A stretch of DNA of 64,000 bases from Corallochytrium limacisporum Hawaii (Eukaryota > Protista > Pluriformea), in assembly GCA_002811645.1 (NCBI GenBank), contig PDIP01000011.1, positions 214,133-278,132 on the forward strand, written 5' to 3'. The notes below the pieces were generated by a model, which saw nothing but the letters and a program-made list of their open reading frames with translations, was not told the origin of the DNA and made no database searches. Shown one piece after another: positions 1 to 12,109 of the stretch. A program made the translations under genes and the position numbers. Every line of letters begins with the position of its first letter. Positions within the stretch are counted from its first letter, which is position 1.

Positions 1-2631
1 CTCTTCTCGAAGTTCGTGCGTGACCTCTTGTGCGTCCTGAACAAACGATGCCTTGAAGGTGATCGTCTCCAAAGCTCCTCGCGCGTTGAAAGCGAGCACG
101 ACATTCTCTGTAGCCAGACTCGCTGCCTCGGATATCACCCATTTGGTTTTCGCACTCACAGCGGTGCATTCCTCTGAATTGGTGCCCTCCATGACGTCTG
201 CCTCGACCCAAAGACTAGTGAATGCAGTCGCAGGCAAATCAACGTATACGTAGACTTGGTACCAACCCGGTACCGCCTGCTGCTCTTCCATCGCATCCTG
301 GTTGATTACGGGGTTTATCTGGATGGGCAACTTTTTCCTTTCAAAATCCGTCACCGTCACACAGGGCACGTCGGTGACAAAATCAATCAGACGCTTCTGA
401 TTGACCACATCAGAATTATAAACCTGCAAGGCTCGGATCTGCGTCTTTAGGCCTTTGTCAGCGTCTTGGTTTTCTGCCTCATTGTTCTTTCCTGGCTGTC
501 CAAAGATAATCAGCTGCGTTCCCAACGTTCTCGCCAGATTCTTGGGGCTCTCCGGCTGAAGAAGATTTTCAGAGGGTACCTGACTGCCACCATCTCGAAT
601 AAAAACCATAAGCTGGCTGGCAATCACCCGCATATTCATCAATTCATGTGCGTTTACGACGTCGCGGACTTCCATGAGCAGTGCCTGGGTTGCCTTGCGG
701 ATGCGTTGATTCAGGCCCTCGCTCAGGGGCCACGTCTGGCCGGTTCGTTTGGCCACATTTAAAGCTCGAACCAGGAGCTGATCTACAGTAGTGATCAGTG
801 CCACGCCATGCCGCGACGCCAGTGGAGGCGGAGGCAAGGACCGTAGAAGTTCCGGTGCATCTATCTTCGGTAAGCCCCCGCGGAAATTCGCAAACGATGG
901 GCTAAGCAGATTGGCTTCTGATCGCGTCACCTTGCGCACAATTTCAAAATATTGTTTGAAGCTCTGGATATGCCCTTGGACCTTAAGCTCTGCTCGTTTA
1001 TGGTTGATGGTACCGAGTAGCTTCTCGAAGGCGCGGAAGACATAGCGGGCCTCCGCCGCGGTTTGGAACCGATCTTGTCCACCCATGGGCACGAGAACCT
1101 GAGACGTTGGGTACAGCTGTGACTTCTTCAGCAGCTGCTCAGTGTACCGGTTTCCAAGCTCAGCCACGATCTCGTCGTCGGCTGGAAAGACCGGCAGTGA
1201 CGGTGCTTGCTGCTGATCACCAGTACTAGTTGTTGGACACTGAAAGCGTCCCAGTGCTTGTGTGCTCGGTGCCTCCATAAAGGGTACGAGCTGCGTGAAT
1301 TCCAATTCACCGGCGTCCGATGCCTTTTGGTCTCTATTCTCATTGCGATAATCCATCACCGCGGCCGCAATTGTCCTGCCAAAGTCGAGCTCGCAGCATA
1401 CGGTATGGCTCGGTCCACAGCTGTGTAAAGGTTCGGTGGAGGCATAAGGTTCAATGTGGATCAACAGTTCACTGATTCCATATACGTCTGTGCTACTGCG
1501 TAGGCCGAATTCGTGCTGTCCTTTTCGTTTTCCTGGGGCAGGCAAGCTTAAATGCTGCTTCAGTCGACGAGAGACGTCATTGACGATGAAATTGTGCACT
1601 CCACTTCGCTTCAGCAGCAACGCCTGCGCCTCTGATAGTCCCGCGAATGATGACGGGTCCTCATCATAAACCATTGCAGACTCTCCCATTGGCAGATTTT
1701 TCGGTGTTGTCCCAAAGGTTCCTACGTGTGGGAGAAAAGCAGCACTTGGACGGTAGGACAGGTGCTGCGATAGCCATTGGTGGCCTTCTCTGAGTTGCAG
1801 CCACAGCGTTTGCGGATCCATGTCCGTGCGGAACATCGCCCAAGTGCCAGTTGTGACTTCTAAACAACCATCCTTTACAAGTGATCGCACCAAACTCTTG
1901 CTCAGTCGCCTCTCTGCTCGTTGGTCAGCACTCTCTGGTAGACCATCAAACCATTGGGCCAGCCAATGCACACCGCCGGCCCAAGCAAAGTGCCGTCGTC
2001 GTCCCTTGGACTCTGCAAGAATCGAAACCGCTGAAGAGAGAATTGCAGCGGCCTTGCTCTGTGCTTCGATGTCGTCATCGGTGACGAACGAATAGGGTAC
2101 CACGACAGCCGTGACCAGGGCCCCTCCCATTTGATCACGATTGACCTCGCGGTCAAGAGCCCGTCCAATGTCATCTATCCCTCCAACATCTGTCACTAGA
2201 TCTCGTAGTAAAGGAGATGTACTGAGTGAGGTGCTGTCCATCGCTGTGGTGCAGCCGTCTTCCCGCACATCGATGGCAGCTTCCTCGATGGGTTGTGCCC
2301 ACTGCGGGTCCGGCGTTTGATCTGCAGAGTCAGGACCATTCAAAGCATCTTTCAGGTACGTTGGAATACGCCAAAGTGCGTGGTATTCGTCTGCTCCAAA
2401 GTCTAATGGATCCCCTATCTCAGAATTCAAATGGTCAAAGGTTGCGCTCTGGAATTCTTCAAGCGCGGGCCCAACATCTTCGACGTCCAAGTTATGGTAC
2501 CGGATGGCATCCTCTGCGGAGAGACCCAACACCACCGATTTGTTCTGTACGTTTTTGCCTGCGGCGCTGACCAAGAGGACAGCCGTAGTGGACCACAGTA
2601 CGGCGCACAGTCCGCTACTTCGTCCTTTCAT
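1..2631 (-). CDS. Golgi alpha-mannosidase II (GH38)-like protein, probably catalytically inactive; 3' end runs off the window
   Basis: Not in the ORF track because it has no stop inside the window. Manual translation from ATG 2631 is open for 877 codons to base 1. It starts with a hydrophobic leader (MKGRSSGLCAVLWSTTAVLLVSAAG). GMII-like segments follow in the correct order: RRHFAWAG, CLEVTTGTWAM, QLREGHQWL, HSCGPSHTVCCELDF, KKSQLYPTSQVLVPMG, YNSDVVNQKRLIDFV. Confidence 0.85.
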   Translation of the reverse strand, partial: MKGRSSGLCAVLWSTTAVLLVSAAGKNVQNKSVVLGLSAEDAIRYHNLDVEDVGPALEEFQSATFDHLNSEIGDPLDFGADEYHALWRIPTYLKDALNGPDSADQTPDPQWAQPIEEAAIDVREDGCTTAMDSTSLSTSPLLRDLVTDVGGIDDIGRALDREVNRDQMGGALVTAVVVPYSFVTDDDIEAQSKAAAILSSAVSILAESKGRRRHFAWAGGVHWLAQWFDGLPESADQRAERRLSKSLVRSLVKDGCLEVTTGTWAMFRTDMDPQTLWLQLREGHQWLSQHLSYRPSAAFLPHVGTFGTTPKNLPMGESAMVYDEDPSSFAGLSEAQALLLKRSGVHNFIVNDVSRRLKQHLSLPAPGKRKGQHEFGLRSSTDVYGISELLIHIEPYASTEPLHSCGPSHTVCCELDFGRTIAAAVMDYRNENRDQKASDAGELEFTQLVPFMEAPSTQALGRFQCPTTSTGDQQQAPSLPVFPADDEIVAELGNRYTEQLLKKSQLYPTSQVLVPMGGQDRFQTAAEARYVFRAFEKLLGTINHKRAELKVQGHIQSFKQYFEIVRKVTRSEANLLSPSFANFRGGLPKIDAPELLRSLPPPPLASRHGVALITTVDQLLVRALNVAKRTGQTWPLSEGLNQRIRKATQALLMEVRDVVNAHELMNMRVIASQLMVFIRDGGSQVPSENLLQPESPKNLARTLGTQLIIFGQPGKNNEAENQDADKGLKTQIRALQVYNSDVVNQKRLIDFVTDVPCVTVTDFERKKLPIQINPVINQDAMEEQQAVPGWYQVYVYVDLPATAFTSLWVEADVMEGTNSEECTAVSAKTKWVISEAASLATENVVLAFNARGALETITFKASFVQDAQEVTHELREE

Positions 2632-4420
2632 TTTGGACAGGCGCGGATCATGTCAGAAACATGATGTGTGTTCCCGACAAAAAAAATTAGCAAAAATCTC
2701 TCTGTGTATTACATCATCAAATGAGAATTTGTACACAAGACTGTTCCAAGCCATAAATCTACTGTTGGAGGAAGCATTTAATGCCGAACACAATCAGCAG
2801 ACTTTGAAGTAGATTCTTTCGCCCAAGTACACTCCCGGCGACAACACTCGCGGAGCAGCGGAGCAACGTCCGGACCGTCCAGTATCCAGTACTAAAACTA
2901 CTGAATTTTTGAATCTTCATACTAAACATACCTCATAAATGGGGGCCTATTTACCCTTTGTCTGCGAAGAGTAACGGACGGAAAACAGCCAATCTCTCCC
3001 CCAACGGTCGGTCGCCTGTAGGTAGGGGCCAGGTCCAGCACCTTTCTACGGTGAACAATAGCCGTCGGCAATTGTTGAAAGCGCGGTTTGACAGGTAACA
3101 AGTTGACAATTGGTGGTGCGAAGGCAGCCATCCACGGAGCACGGCAATTCCAGTATACTGAAAATTAGCACTTTTTGGAGGCACTGCGGTCGAATGTGCC
3201 ATCGTTCGCGACACAGGTATGTTCTAGTTGAGATAGTGGACGCTGCGCTGTGTTCACCAGTGGCTCACTGGTCTTGGTACTTTCAGTATCGGGTTCATGT
3301 TCACACGCGTAACCTGTGCCCGTGCTGGTCACTTTTTGCACGACGCAATGATAGAATCACCACTTAGGACGTCTCTGTGGTCTGGTGGTACTGGCTAGGG
3401 ATTAGACCATACAGTGTTTAATTCAAACAACTGGTCGAAATGTGAATAGTGAAAATTGACGGTCTCTGGAGCTCGACGAACAGGCATGATCACGTCTCGT
3501 CTTCCTATCGTCGAATATGATATGATGACATCTCCATGCGGGCACAAATAAAGAAACGGTTCTTAGCCCTCAACTAAGATTTTCCCCATGACACCTGCTG
3601 TGCGTGCTCTCTGTATTCACATTGTCTGTCACGTACAGCAAAGTGAGGCCGCGTCCACTGTTCCAATAAGTCGCATTCCCTAAAACATCGCCCGAGTCCG
3701 GGGCCGTAGCTGTGTCGCACACGCACACGCACACACGCTCACGGCAGAGGGCACCAGATTTAAAGGGCAGAAACAGCCACATCCCAGATAGGAAGCAGTG
3801 GAAGACCTGTGTCCACTTGCCACTTGATGGTACCACGCCACCAATGTCTCTCGCCAACAAGGAAAAGAAAAGACTGGCACGAAGGTGTACTGGTATGGTG
3901 GTACCTAATACCAACCCCTTGTCTGCTGCGTGGCACTTTTATCTTCACTGCGTGTTCGGTGGCGGGAGAAGGAAATGTAGACACCTCTCATGTTCCCCCC
4001 CCCCCCCCAGCCTCCCCCCTGATCACTCACGGCCCTCTTCCCGCGGGACGGATGGTGGGCCGAGGTGACCGAGTGGAGCCATAGTGGAACTATGGGCCTC
4101 CCCACACCCACACCCGCCCTTTGCCTCAGTACCCCCACCCCCACCCCCAACTTCTTCCCAACCAGTACAGTACACGCGATCAACCGGCGTCGGGAAATTT
4201 TGCACGGGGTTGTGTTTGTGCTGGCATGAGAGTGTTTGAGGACTCATACGGAGACGGTTTCATTGCTCTCGGCTTGGAATAGGTTACAGCTTTAAGACCT
4301 CTGGACTCAATGACAGGTACAACAGGATGATCGTTGATATAACATGGTATATGAGACTGCAAGCTCCGAAACAGAAAAACTTCTATTTTTATCCAATACA
4401 ATCCCACAAAAACAGCAACC

Positions 4421-4795
4421 ATGGTTAAGGAAATCGAATCTACTGAGGTCGCTCAGCACAACACCCGCAACTCCGTGTGGTTGACCATTCACGGCAAGGT
4501 TTACGACGTGACCGACTTCATGGACGAGCACCCTGGTGGTGAGGAAGTTTTGCTCGAGGTTGCAGGCCGTGATTCTACGTCTGAGTTCGAGGACGTTGGT
4601 CACTCCCCGAACGCCGTCGACATGATGGACAAATACCTGGTTGGAAGTCTGAAGGGAGCAGAGCAGGTCGACATCAAGAAGCTCACTGAGCAAAAGGAGG
4701 CTAAGTTGTCTGCCGGCGGACAGGCTGGCATCTTCCCCGGTGTCTTTGTTCTGCTGGGAGTTCTGGCTCTTGCCGCTGCCATCTTCTACATGTAA
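4421..4795 (+). CDS. CYB5: Cytochrome b5, tail-anchored
   Basis: VWLTIHGKVYDVT, heme motif HPGG, second ligand in FEDVGHS, C-terminal transmembrane helix. Confidence 0.97.
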   Translation: MVKEIESTEVAQHNTRNSVWLTIHGKVYDVTDFMDEHPGGEEVLLEVAGRDSTSEFEDVGHSPNAVDMMDKYLVGSLKGAEQVDIKKLTEQKEAKLSAGGQAGIFPGVFVLLGVLALAAAIFYM

Positions 4796-5510
4796 AGAAC
4801 ACAGCATCATGGAAAATGATTAACAAAAAGCAAACTCTCTCCATCAAAACCGAATTCATGGTCCGCTCTGTTCATGGGACTAAATTGTACCTACAAAATC
4901 CTGCATTCATTATGCACATATACATTCAACCAGACACTAAGTGAAAGCGAAAGTTCGAATGAAATCAAACCTTTGAATTGACAAAGGAAACAGGCACAGG
5001 AGATCATGAGGAGCAATTCCATCTGACTTGGAGGTTCATCTAGGTCCTGCTGTCTCCTGTCCTTCTGTCAGTCATCGGGTCTGTATCATGCTTTCATGAT
5101 CAACAAGGGAGGAATAAATCTGACTTCCCTTTGAACAAGAACGCAATATGTTTAATTGTCAAAAGTATTCGAAGGATGTATAGGCCGAGCGCATCCACTG
5201 CACTAGGGGACCACGGAATCACTAGGTGGTTTCGTGCAAAAGGGGCATATGACCGATCAAGGGAGGTAACTGAGCGGAGTATGGTGCACCATGGCGTATA
5301 CCATGCAGGATTTTCTGCAAGTTTTGGAACCAGCCTTGTTCTTCCGTTCTTCGTGCCTTTATTCCTTCTTGTGCTCTGCAATCGGGGTCGGTTTGGCAAA
5401 GCTCCTTTTCGTCACATAATCTGATAGCTGATAATTTACTAGGGTGTTTCATTTTGAGTCTACATAACGTTTTTCTGATGGTAGCTTGCTTGTTTATGCT
5501 GAATGCACTT

Positions 5511-8063
5511 TCATTGCTTAGACTTCGATGACTTCAGATGGGTCTTCTTTACGTACGCTGGCTGGAAGGGTCCGGTCTCATCATTGCTGCTTGAAGGGCT
5601 TCCATCGCCGCCCGTGTCACCTCCGGGGGCCAGCTCCTGTCCGTAGTTTCGAATCTCAGACTCGTAGGGGTGCTCTTTGTGTCCCCGTTTTTCGCCCAGA
5701 ATCCGTACAAGGTCCTCGTAGTGCAGAACTTCCTTTTCCAGAAGGACCTCGGCCAGCTTCTTCAACCCATCCAGGTGCTCGTGGATAATATTCTTGGTAC
5801 GATCGTAGGCCTGATCAACTAGGTCCATCACTTCCGCGTCAATGCGCTTGGCAGTTGCATCACTGTATGGTTTGACATGCGGATCACGGGGGTCACTCTG
5901 AGGCCATGAAATGTTACCAATGTTAGAGTTCATGCCATAGTACGTAATTTGCGAATAGGCCATGCGTGTGACCTTCTGCAGGTCGTCCGTGGCTCCAGTA
6001 GTGATGCGACCAAATATGATCTCTTCGGCGGCACGGCCTCCGAGGGTCATGCACATGCGATCCATCAGCTCTTCTGTCGAGTACAAGTATTGATCAGTGG
6101 GTAGATACTGAGCAAATCCCAAGGCAGCATTGCCACGTGGGATGATGCTGACCTTCAGCACTGGGTCACAGTGCTCGAGGAACCATCCGACGATGGCATG
6201 GCCGGCCTCATGGTTGGCCACAATCTCGCGCTCCTGTGTGCTCAACACGCGGCTCTTCTTCTCCAGGCCGGCAATAACTCGGTCGCACGCGTAATCGAAA
6301 TCTGTGCGATCAATGGCTTCTTTGCCCAGGCGAGCTGCATGCAGAGCTGCTTCGTTGCAAACGTTTGCAATGTCTGCACCGCTAAAGCCTGGTGTCAAGG
6401 CAGCCATCCGATCCACTAGAGACTCCACTGGTACTGCCAGCTCCAAGGGACCCAGATGTACCCGGAAGACATCCTTGCGTTCGTTAATGTTAGGCAGATC
6501 GATGGCTACTTGGCGGTCGAAACGTCCGGGCCGTAGCAAGGCCTTGTCCAGAATGTCAACCCGGTTGGTTGAAGCCAACACCACCACTCCGACAGAAGTG
6601 TTGAAGCCATCCATTTCCACAAGCAGTTGATTCAGAGTGTTCTCACGCTCACTGTTGCCACCTTGCATACTCGAATTGTTGCGCGCCCGACCAATGGCGT
6701 CAATCTCATCAATGAAAATGATACATGGACTATTGCCACGAGCCTGGTTGAATAAATCACGTACACGCGCAGGACCAACACCGACAAACATCTCCACAAA
6801 ATCGGAGCCGCTCATAGAGTAGAACGGCACCTGGGCCTCACCAGCAATGGCCTTCGCCAGCAGGGTCTTACCAGTACCGGGCGGTCCCACCAATAGCGCT
6901 CCCTTGGGCACCTTGGCTCCGAGGCTGGTGAATTTTTCCGGAGTCTTCAGGTATTGCACAAATTCTAGAACTTCAGCCTTGGCCTCATCCATACCAGCGA
7001 CATCGCTCAATTTGACCTTGTGCTGACTGGGACTCTGGGCGTTTATAACCGTGGCATTGGCCTTGCCGAAACTGAAGGGACTGCCTCCCTGCTGTCCACC
7101 ACTGCCACTTCCGAGACCACCGACACCGCCTCCAACGCCACCACGGACGCGATTCAGCAGCACGAAACTGATACCCAGCACAACAATCATCGGAAGCAAT
7201 GACAGCACCTCACTCAAGAACACATTTTCTTGTTGAAAGGTAATGGGAATCCATTGGTCCAGGGGAATATTCAATTCTTCTTGTGCGGCTGTCATTTTTG
7301 CCTCAAAGTTCTCGACGCTGCCAATGGTGAACTGGTACGACGGAGTTCCTGGTCGCACAGGCACTTCCTGCCCCTTAATTATGGCCCCTGGATGTAAATA
7401 GACATAGACTGCATCTTTGGCTGCACTGACCTCGAGCTTTTGTACCTCTCCGTTGGCAAGCATTTCGGTGAAGAACTCCTGCCAGCTGACCTCTCGGCTG
7501 CTGCTACCAGAGCCTGCGCTTGGGCTCAACAAAAGCATTGTACCAAAAAGCAGTGCAGGGAAGAGCAATTGACTCATGTTCGGGGGGTTTGGACTGCCTG
7601 GAGGAGGCACGCCCGGTCCCTGGGGCCCGCCTCGATTCCCTTGCGGTGCACCCGGCGGTGGTGGTGGTGGGGGTCCCTTACGGCTCTGTGATGATGTTCC
7701 TGAACTTCCGTGATTTTGCTTTGAACGATGGGCATGCGGTCCCTCCAGCTTACTACCGGGCCGTGTTCCTCCTGTGGGCTGCTGGCCAAAGAAAGCTTGA
7801 TTCTGTGTTGTGGAGGATAACTGGCCTTCGCGAGATCTCAACTGCTTGGCCAGATTACGAGGTAAGCCCGGAGTCTTTCCGTCACTATAGACAAACCGTT
7901 CAAAATATTTTGGCGCTGTGATGTTCAATCTACTATTGTAGAACCGCTGTTGGTGTACAACTGCACTCTTTGCGTTGTGCACTGCCACACTTCGGGCAGT
8001 ATTGGCCGCCACTCCATGGACGGCCACCAGTGGTCTACCACGGATTCCCATGCCACACAGCAT
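5511..8063 (-). CDS. SPG7: Mitochondrial m-AAA metalloprotease subunit, paraplegin-like (AFG3/SPG7 family)
   Basis: Presequence-like N-terminus, two TM segments, Walker A GPPGTGKT, Walker B IFIDEID, SRH LLRPGRFDR, Zn motif HEAGH. VYLHPGA, LGAKVPKGALL and NAALGFAQ favour paraplegin over AFG3L2. Confidence 0.9.
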   Translation of the reverse strand: MLCGMGIRGRPLVAVHGVAANTARSVAVHNAKSAVVHQQRFYNSRLNITAPKYFERFVYSDGKTPGLPRNLAKQLRSREGQLSSTTQNQAFFGQQPTGGTRPGSKLEGPHAHRSKQNHGSSGTSSQSRKGPPPPPPPGAPQGNRGGPQGPGVPPPGSPNPPNMSQLLFPALLFGTMLLLSPSAGSGSSSREVSWQEFFTEMLANGEVQKLEVSAAKDAVYVYLHPGAIIKGQEVPVRPGTPSYQFTIGSVENFEAKMTAAQEELNIPLDQWIPITFQQENVFLSEVLSLLPMIVVLGISFVLLNRVRGGVGGGVGGLGSGSGGQQGGSPFSFGKANATVINAQSPSQHKVKLSDVAGMDEAKAEVLEFVQYLKTPEKFTSLGAKVPKGALLVGPPGTGKTLLAKAIAGEAQVPFYSMSGSDFVEMFVGVGPARVRDLFNQARGNSPCIIFIDEIDAIGRARNNSSMQGGNSERENTLNQLLVEMDGFNTSVGVVVLASTNRVDILDKALLRPGRFDRQVAIDLPNINERKDVFRVHLGPLELAVPVESLVDRMAALTPGFSGADIANVCNEAALHAARLGKEAIDRTDFDYACDRVIAGLEKKSRVLSTQEREIVANHEAGHAIVGWFLEHCDPVLKVSIIPRGNAALGFAQYLPTDQYLYSTEELMDRMCMTLGGRAAEEIIFGRITTGATDDLQKVTRMAYSQITYYGMNSNIGNISWPQSDPRDPHVKPYSDATAKRIDAEVMDLVDQAYDRTKNIIHEHLDGLKKLAEVLLEKEVLHYEDLVRILGEKRGHKEHPYESEIRNYGQELAPGGDTGGDGSPSSSNDETGPFQPAYVKKTHLKSSKSKQ

Positions 8064-9285
8064 GGTTTATACTATTTGTTCTCTGTGTTGACGGTTGTAT
8101 TTCTTTAACAAGACATTATAATAGGTTGTGTCCTAATGTTGATAATACATTCTCACCCAACCCGAAATAACAACTCACATGGGGGTATGTCCGTCAATGT
8201 TTTGAGCAAAAGAATTAAATTCAATGCAGATGATTTATACCTGCACGTAGAATGTTTGATGTGGTAAATAAGTGACAGGTACTCGAATTTGAGAGCCTGC
8301 TCGAGAAGAGCTCTGTACGGAGAGACCCTAGTATTCCGGAAGCGAACGCAGCTTCCCTATCATCTTCCACATTCCGTGCCCTTTCCCCAACTACAGAACC
8401 TCGTCAGGCAACTCGTGCCTTTGCCTCCTTTACCCAAATGGTCGTCAGCCAAGACTTCTGGCGATAACACCAGGCAGGTAGCGGAAATGGTCAGACGGTT
8501 TTGCTGTTCGTGACGGGCCTAGAATCACAGTACACTCACAGTGGGTGTGCACAGAAAGAAAGGGGTGTGGGGCGAGAGACTCACAAGCTGGCCTCCGCTG
8601 GGACCAATGCCAGGCAATGGGAGTACGAAAGAGACGAGAACTAAAATTCTAGTGCTACGCTGAGAAACCCAGATCACTTGCAGAACAAAGAGTCTCTTCG
8701 TTCGTCACCGTTGGTCTGTTGACAAAGTGAATAGGGAGCTGTAGCATTTATTACTGATTGTTGAACTTCCCGGGAAGGGGGGGAGGGAGAGAAAGAAAGG
8801 GGGTCATTCCCTGTGGGTCTGTAGCCGTCTGGCAAACCGAAGTGAATAACTAAAGCCTGATGATTATAGCATGAGCCACAAAGATGAATTCAAATTAATT
8901 AGAAATTAGAATTTGGATCGGGGTTCAGTTATATTGAATCCGCTCATCTGTCTCCTGGACTGGGAGTGCTTAGGTGACATCGTTCGCAGCCAGGTTGGCA
9001 ATGAGTACGGTGTTCAAGTGGAAAAGGTTCACCATGGAAGACCCACGGGCACGGCTGTTCGGATAGGTGCGTTTGAAATCGTTGCGAGTATTGATCAAGA
9101 TCTTATGTGAGTACAAGAAATGACAGATGATCCACTGTTCATCATCTACCGAACACTACTATTATATCCTGTAAGCTTTGCCTTGTATGGTTGTTGGAAC
9201 TCAAGAATAGCAAGAGTGGCTCATTCTAAGTGCTCACTACTTGTGATGATTTGTATTCCTGCTGTCTGCAGACCGGAAGGTACCT

Positions 9286-10338
9286 TCATCCCTTCATAGT
9301 GACCGCATCATACACAGGGTTCAGCTGCTGAGACACACGAATGAATGTCGTGCGCTTACTCAAGTCCTTCAATTGTGAAGCACCTACGTACGTGCAGGCC
9401 GATCGTAGTCCTCCCAGAATGTCCTGGATTGTGCCCTTCATGGGGCCCCGGTATGGCACTCGCACGGTCTTGCCCTCGCTTGCCCGATACTCTGCCACAC
9501 CGCCGGCATGCTTGTCCATAGCAGTGTCACTGCTCATGCCGTAAAAGAGACGATACTGTTTGCCATTCTCCTCTACCAACTCACCGCCGCTCTCGTCATG
9601 GCCAGCGAACATTCCACCCAGCATGACAAAGTCAGCTCCAGCTCCGAACGCCTTGGCCACATCACCTGGGCAAGTGCAACCCCCGTCGGCAATGATGTGT
9701 CCTCCCAGACCGTGTGCTGCATCCGCACACTCGATGACTGCACTAAGTTGCGGATAGCCTACTCCAGTCTTTTTTCGGGTCGTGCATACGCTGCCCGGGC
9801 CAATACCGATCTTCACAATGTCGGCACCGCTGAGGATTAGTTCTTCGGTCATCTCTCCTGTCACTACGTTACCAGCCATGAGCACATGGTCCGGATAGCG
9901 TGCTCGCACCTCACGCAAATGCTGCACAAACCGCTCACTGTATCCGTTGGCGACATCTATGCAAATATACTTGACCTCCGGGCACATGTCAATAATTTTC
10001 TGCAGCTTTTCAAAGTCATCCTTGCTCACACCTGTGCTCACACAGACACTGTCCGCCACTTCCGGGTTCTCATCAAGAAACTGACGCCACTGTTCAGGTT
10101 GATAGTGCTTATGGATGGTCACAAACATTTTTGCAGGGGCCAAAGCCTTCGCCACTTCGAAGGTGCCGGTTGTATCCATGTTGGCGGCAATCACCGGGAC
10201 GCCATGATACTTATGTTTGGAGTGCTTGAAATGATAGGTACGCTCAAGCTCAACCTCGGAACGGCTGCTAAGAGCGCTTCGCTTAGGACGCAGCAGGACG
10301 TCCTTGTAGTCCAGTTTCACGTCCTGTTCAATACGCAT
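9286..10338 (-). CDS. GMPR: GMP reductase (type 1, E. coli GuaC/animal GMPR-like)
   Basis: [31 protein letters not shown], catalytic Cys in [25 protein letters not shown]. Confidence 0.97.
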   Translation of the reverse strand: MRIEQDVKLDYKDVLLRPKRSALSSRSEVELERTYHFKHSKHKYHGVPVIAANMDTTGTFEVAKALAPAKMFVTIHKHYQPEQWRQFLDENPEVADSVCVSTGVSKDDFEKLQKIIDMCPEVKYICIDVANGYSERFVQHLREVRARYPDHVLMAGNVVTGEMTEELILSGADIVKIGIGPGSVCTTRKKTGVGYPQLSAVIECADAAHGLGGHIIADGGCTCPGDVAKAFGAGADFVMLGGMFAGHDESGGELVEENGKQYRLFYGMSSDTAMDKHAGGVAEYRASEGKTVRVPYRGPMKGTIQDILGGLRSACTYVGASQLKDLSKRTTFIRVSQQLNPVYDAVTMKG

Positions 10339-12109
10339 GTTTACGGGAGTACCGGTGTAAACTATTGGAGTGTTGTCGCAAACTCGCGGATTCTACCATG
10401 CTTTAGAAGGGGACTGCGATCTTTTTCCATCAGATACCTGCCCACTCTCGTTCATCCTCAGGTACCGCTCACTTACAGGTCTTCAAGGGACACTGTTGTT
10501 CACTGGCATCGTCCAAGTGTAGTGACGCAGCTCACCATTCGACAAGTGATGTTTCCCTCCCACTATCGCTGCTAACCCTTTGGCATAACTACGAAGGGCG
10601 GCTCCGCTCGCTCTCTCCCGCACACTACCCGCCTGTGAACCATGAACAATCAGCCAGCCAGCATAGAACAGTTGAACCGACGGGAGTAACAATACTAGAG
10701 ATTCGGGCTCCGAAACTCTCGTTTACGGCTGACGTGTCCAGAGACCGTCCGGACAACCAACGAACTCTAAAGAGGGGTCTGACACTGAAGGCGGTGGCGC
10801 AGGCCCCGTCTCCTATCATCTTCCAGTCTTGTTCGCCTCTGACGCGGTTGACTTCGGCGCCGGTGAGTCTCTTAAAAATGACGGATTGGAAAAGAAAAGC
10901 AGGAACGCGACCGAGTATAAAAAATGGGGGGGGGGGGGCAACACGGAGACCAATTGGTGAATCTCCCTGCACACAGCGCCTAAGAAAGAAGCAGTGCATC
11001 TTGCCTTGTGGGCGCTTGGATGCGAAGAATCCTGTGGTGATGTTTGGGTCCCAGTCCTTTACATTGCAGCGAGTACCCGTACCACCGGGCATTTGAAGGC
11101 TCTATATATATCAAAGGATGACTCGGCCAATCCACGCATCGCTGGTAGCCTCTATATTGCATACCGCTAAAACTCGACCAGCAGCGAACAATCGACTGTC
11201 GAGCGATACCAGTAACCAGGGAAGAAGAAAAGAATAGTCTCGATATACCGCTTTGAAGTGGGAGAGGGAGCGGGACTCTGATGCAGATTATGTAGCGGTA
11301 CTGGAATTCGCTGGATTTACAATTTCTAGCGGTGTCGTGTTTGCCTGACGCTGGAAGTATCTCAATGCAGTTTCGGATCGGAAGACACTTTGGATACGTG
11401 GTGTATGCTTGGTGCCACTTCTGTAGTGACGAATACTTATCAAGCTTGCCCAACAATGGACTCCAATAAAGAAGGTGAAGTTTCCACATAAACGTCTTTA
11501 CGAAAACCCAATCTCAAAGAGGCCCAAGAGCAGCCGAAAGTTCTCAATCTGACCACTGTATCTTCGTTCTTGTACATTATTAAAAATAATACATGTGAAC
11601 TCAAAAACACAGAGGTACATACCCAATCATGCAAGTTTATATCGGGATAGCATGCTTGGGTATATTGACATGAAGGTTGACCTAACGATTATTCATTGAG
11701 GGATTCTCTATATTCAATCAGGCCAATGCGCTATATTGGCATACATCAACGAAACACAGAGAACTCTCACAAATTCAAAATCATACAGGGAAGACAGATG
11801 TATTGCACAGTCTAACTGCAAGCAAACTCAGATTTAATGCTATCCATATCCAAGAATTTCAGAAACCAAATTTACATTCAATTCCAATATTTCAAAGGCC
11901 AAGAGATTCAATATACATGTAAGCAGATTCAAGCTTTTGGGGTCAGAATCTACGGATGCTACGTGATTGATCGATCGACAGCTGGCGATATGCGTTCAGT
12001 AACCTGCTTTATTGTGAAATAAATCCATCAAAACGATTCTTCATATAGTGTAAGTTTTGGGACGTAAAAACTGCTCAAGTAGACAGTTGTAAGTGCCTCA
12101 CATGTTGGT

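Noticed and set aside
9056-9155. C/D snoRNA candidate (minus-strand ATGATGA inside a 10-bp inverted repeat)
   Set aside because: No properly placed CTGA D box and no recognisable rRNA guide.
10625-11634. ORFs of 150-170 aa between GMPR and GH47
   Set aside because: Overlapping on opposite strands, no recognisable motifs, and they cross homopolymer tracts; a non-coding transcript near the TATA-like site at 11104 is possible but unsupported.
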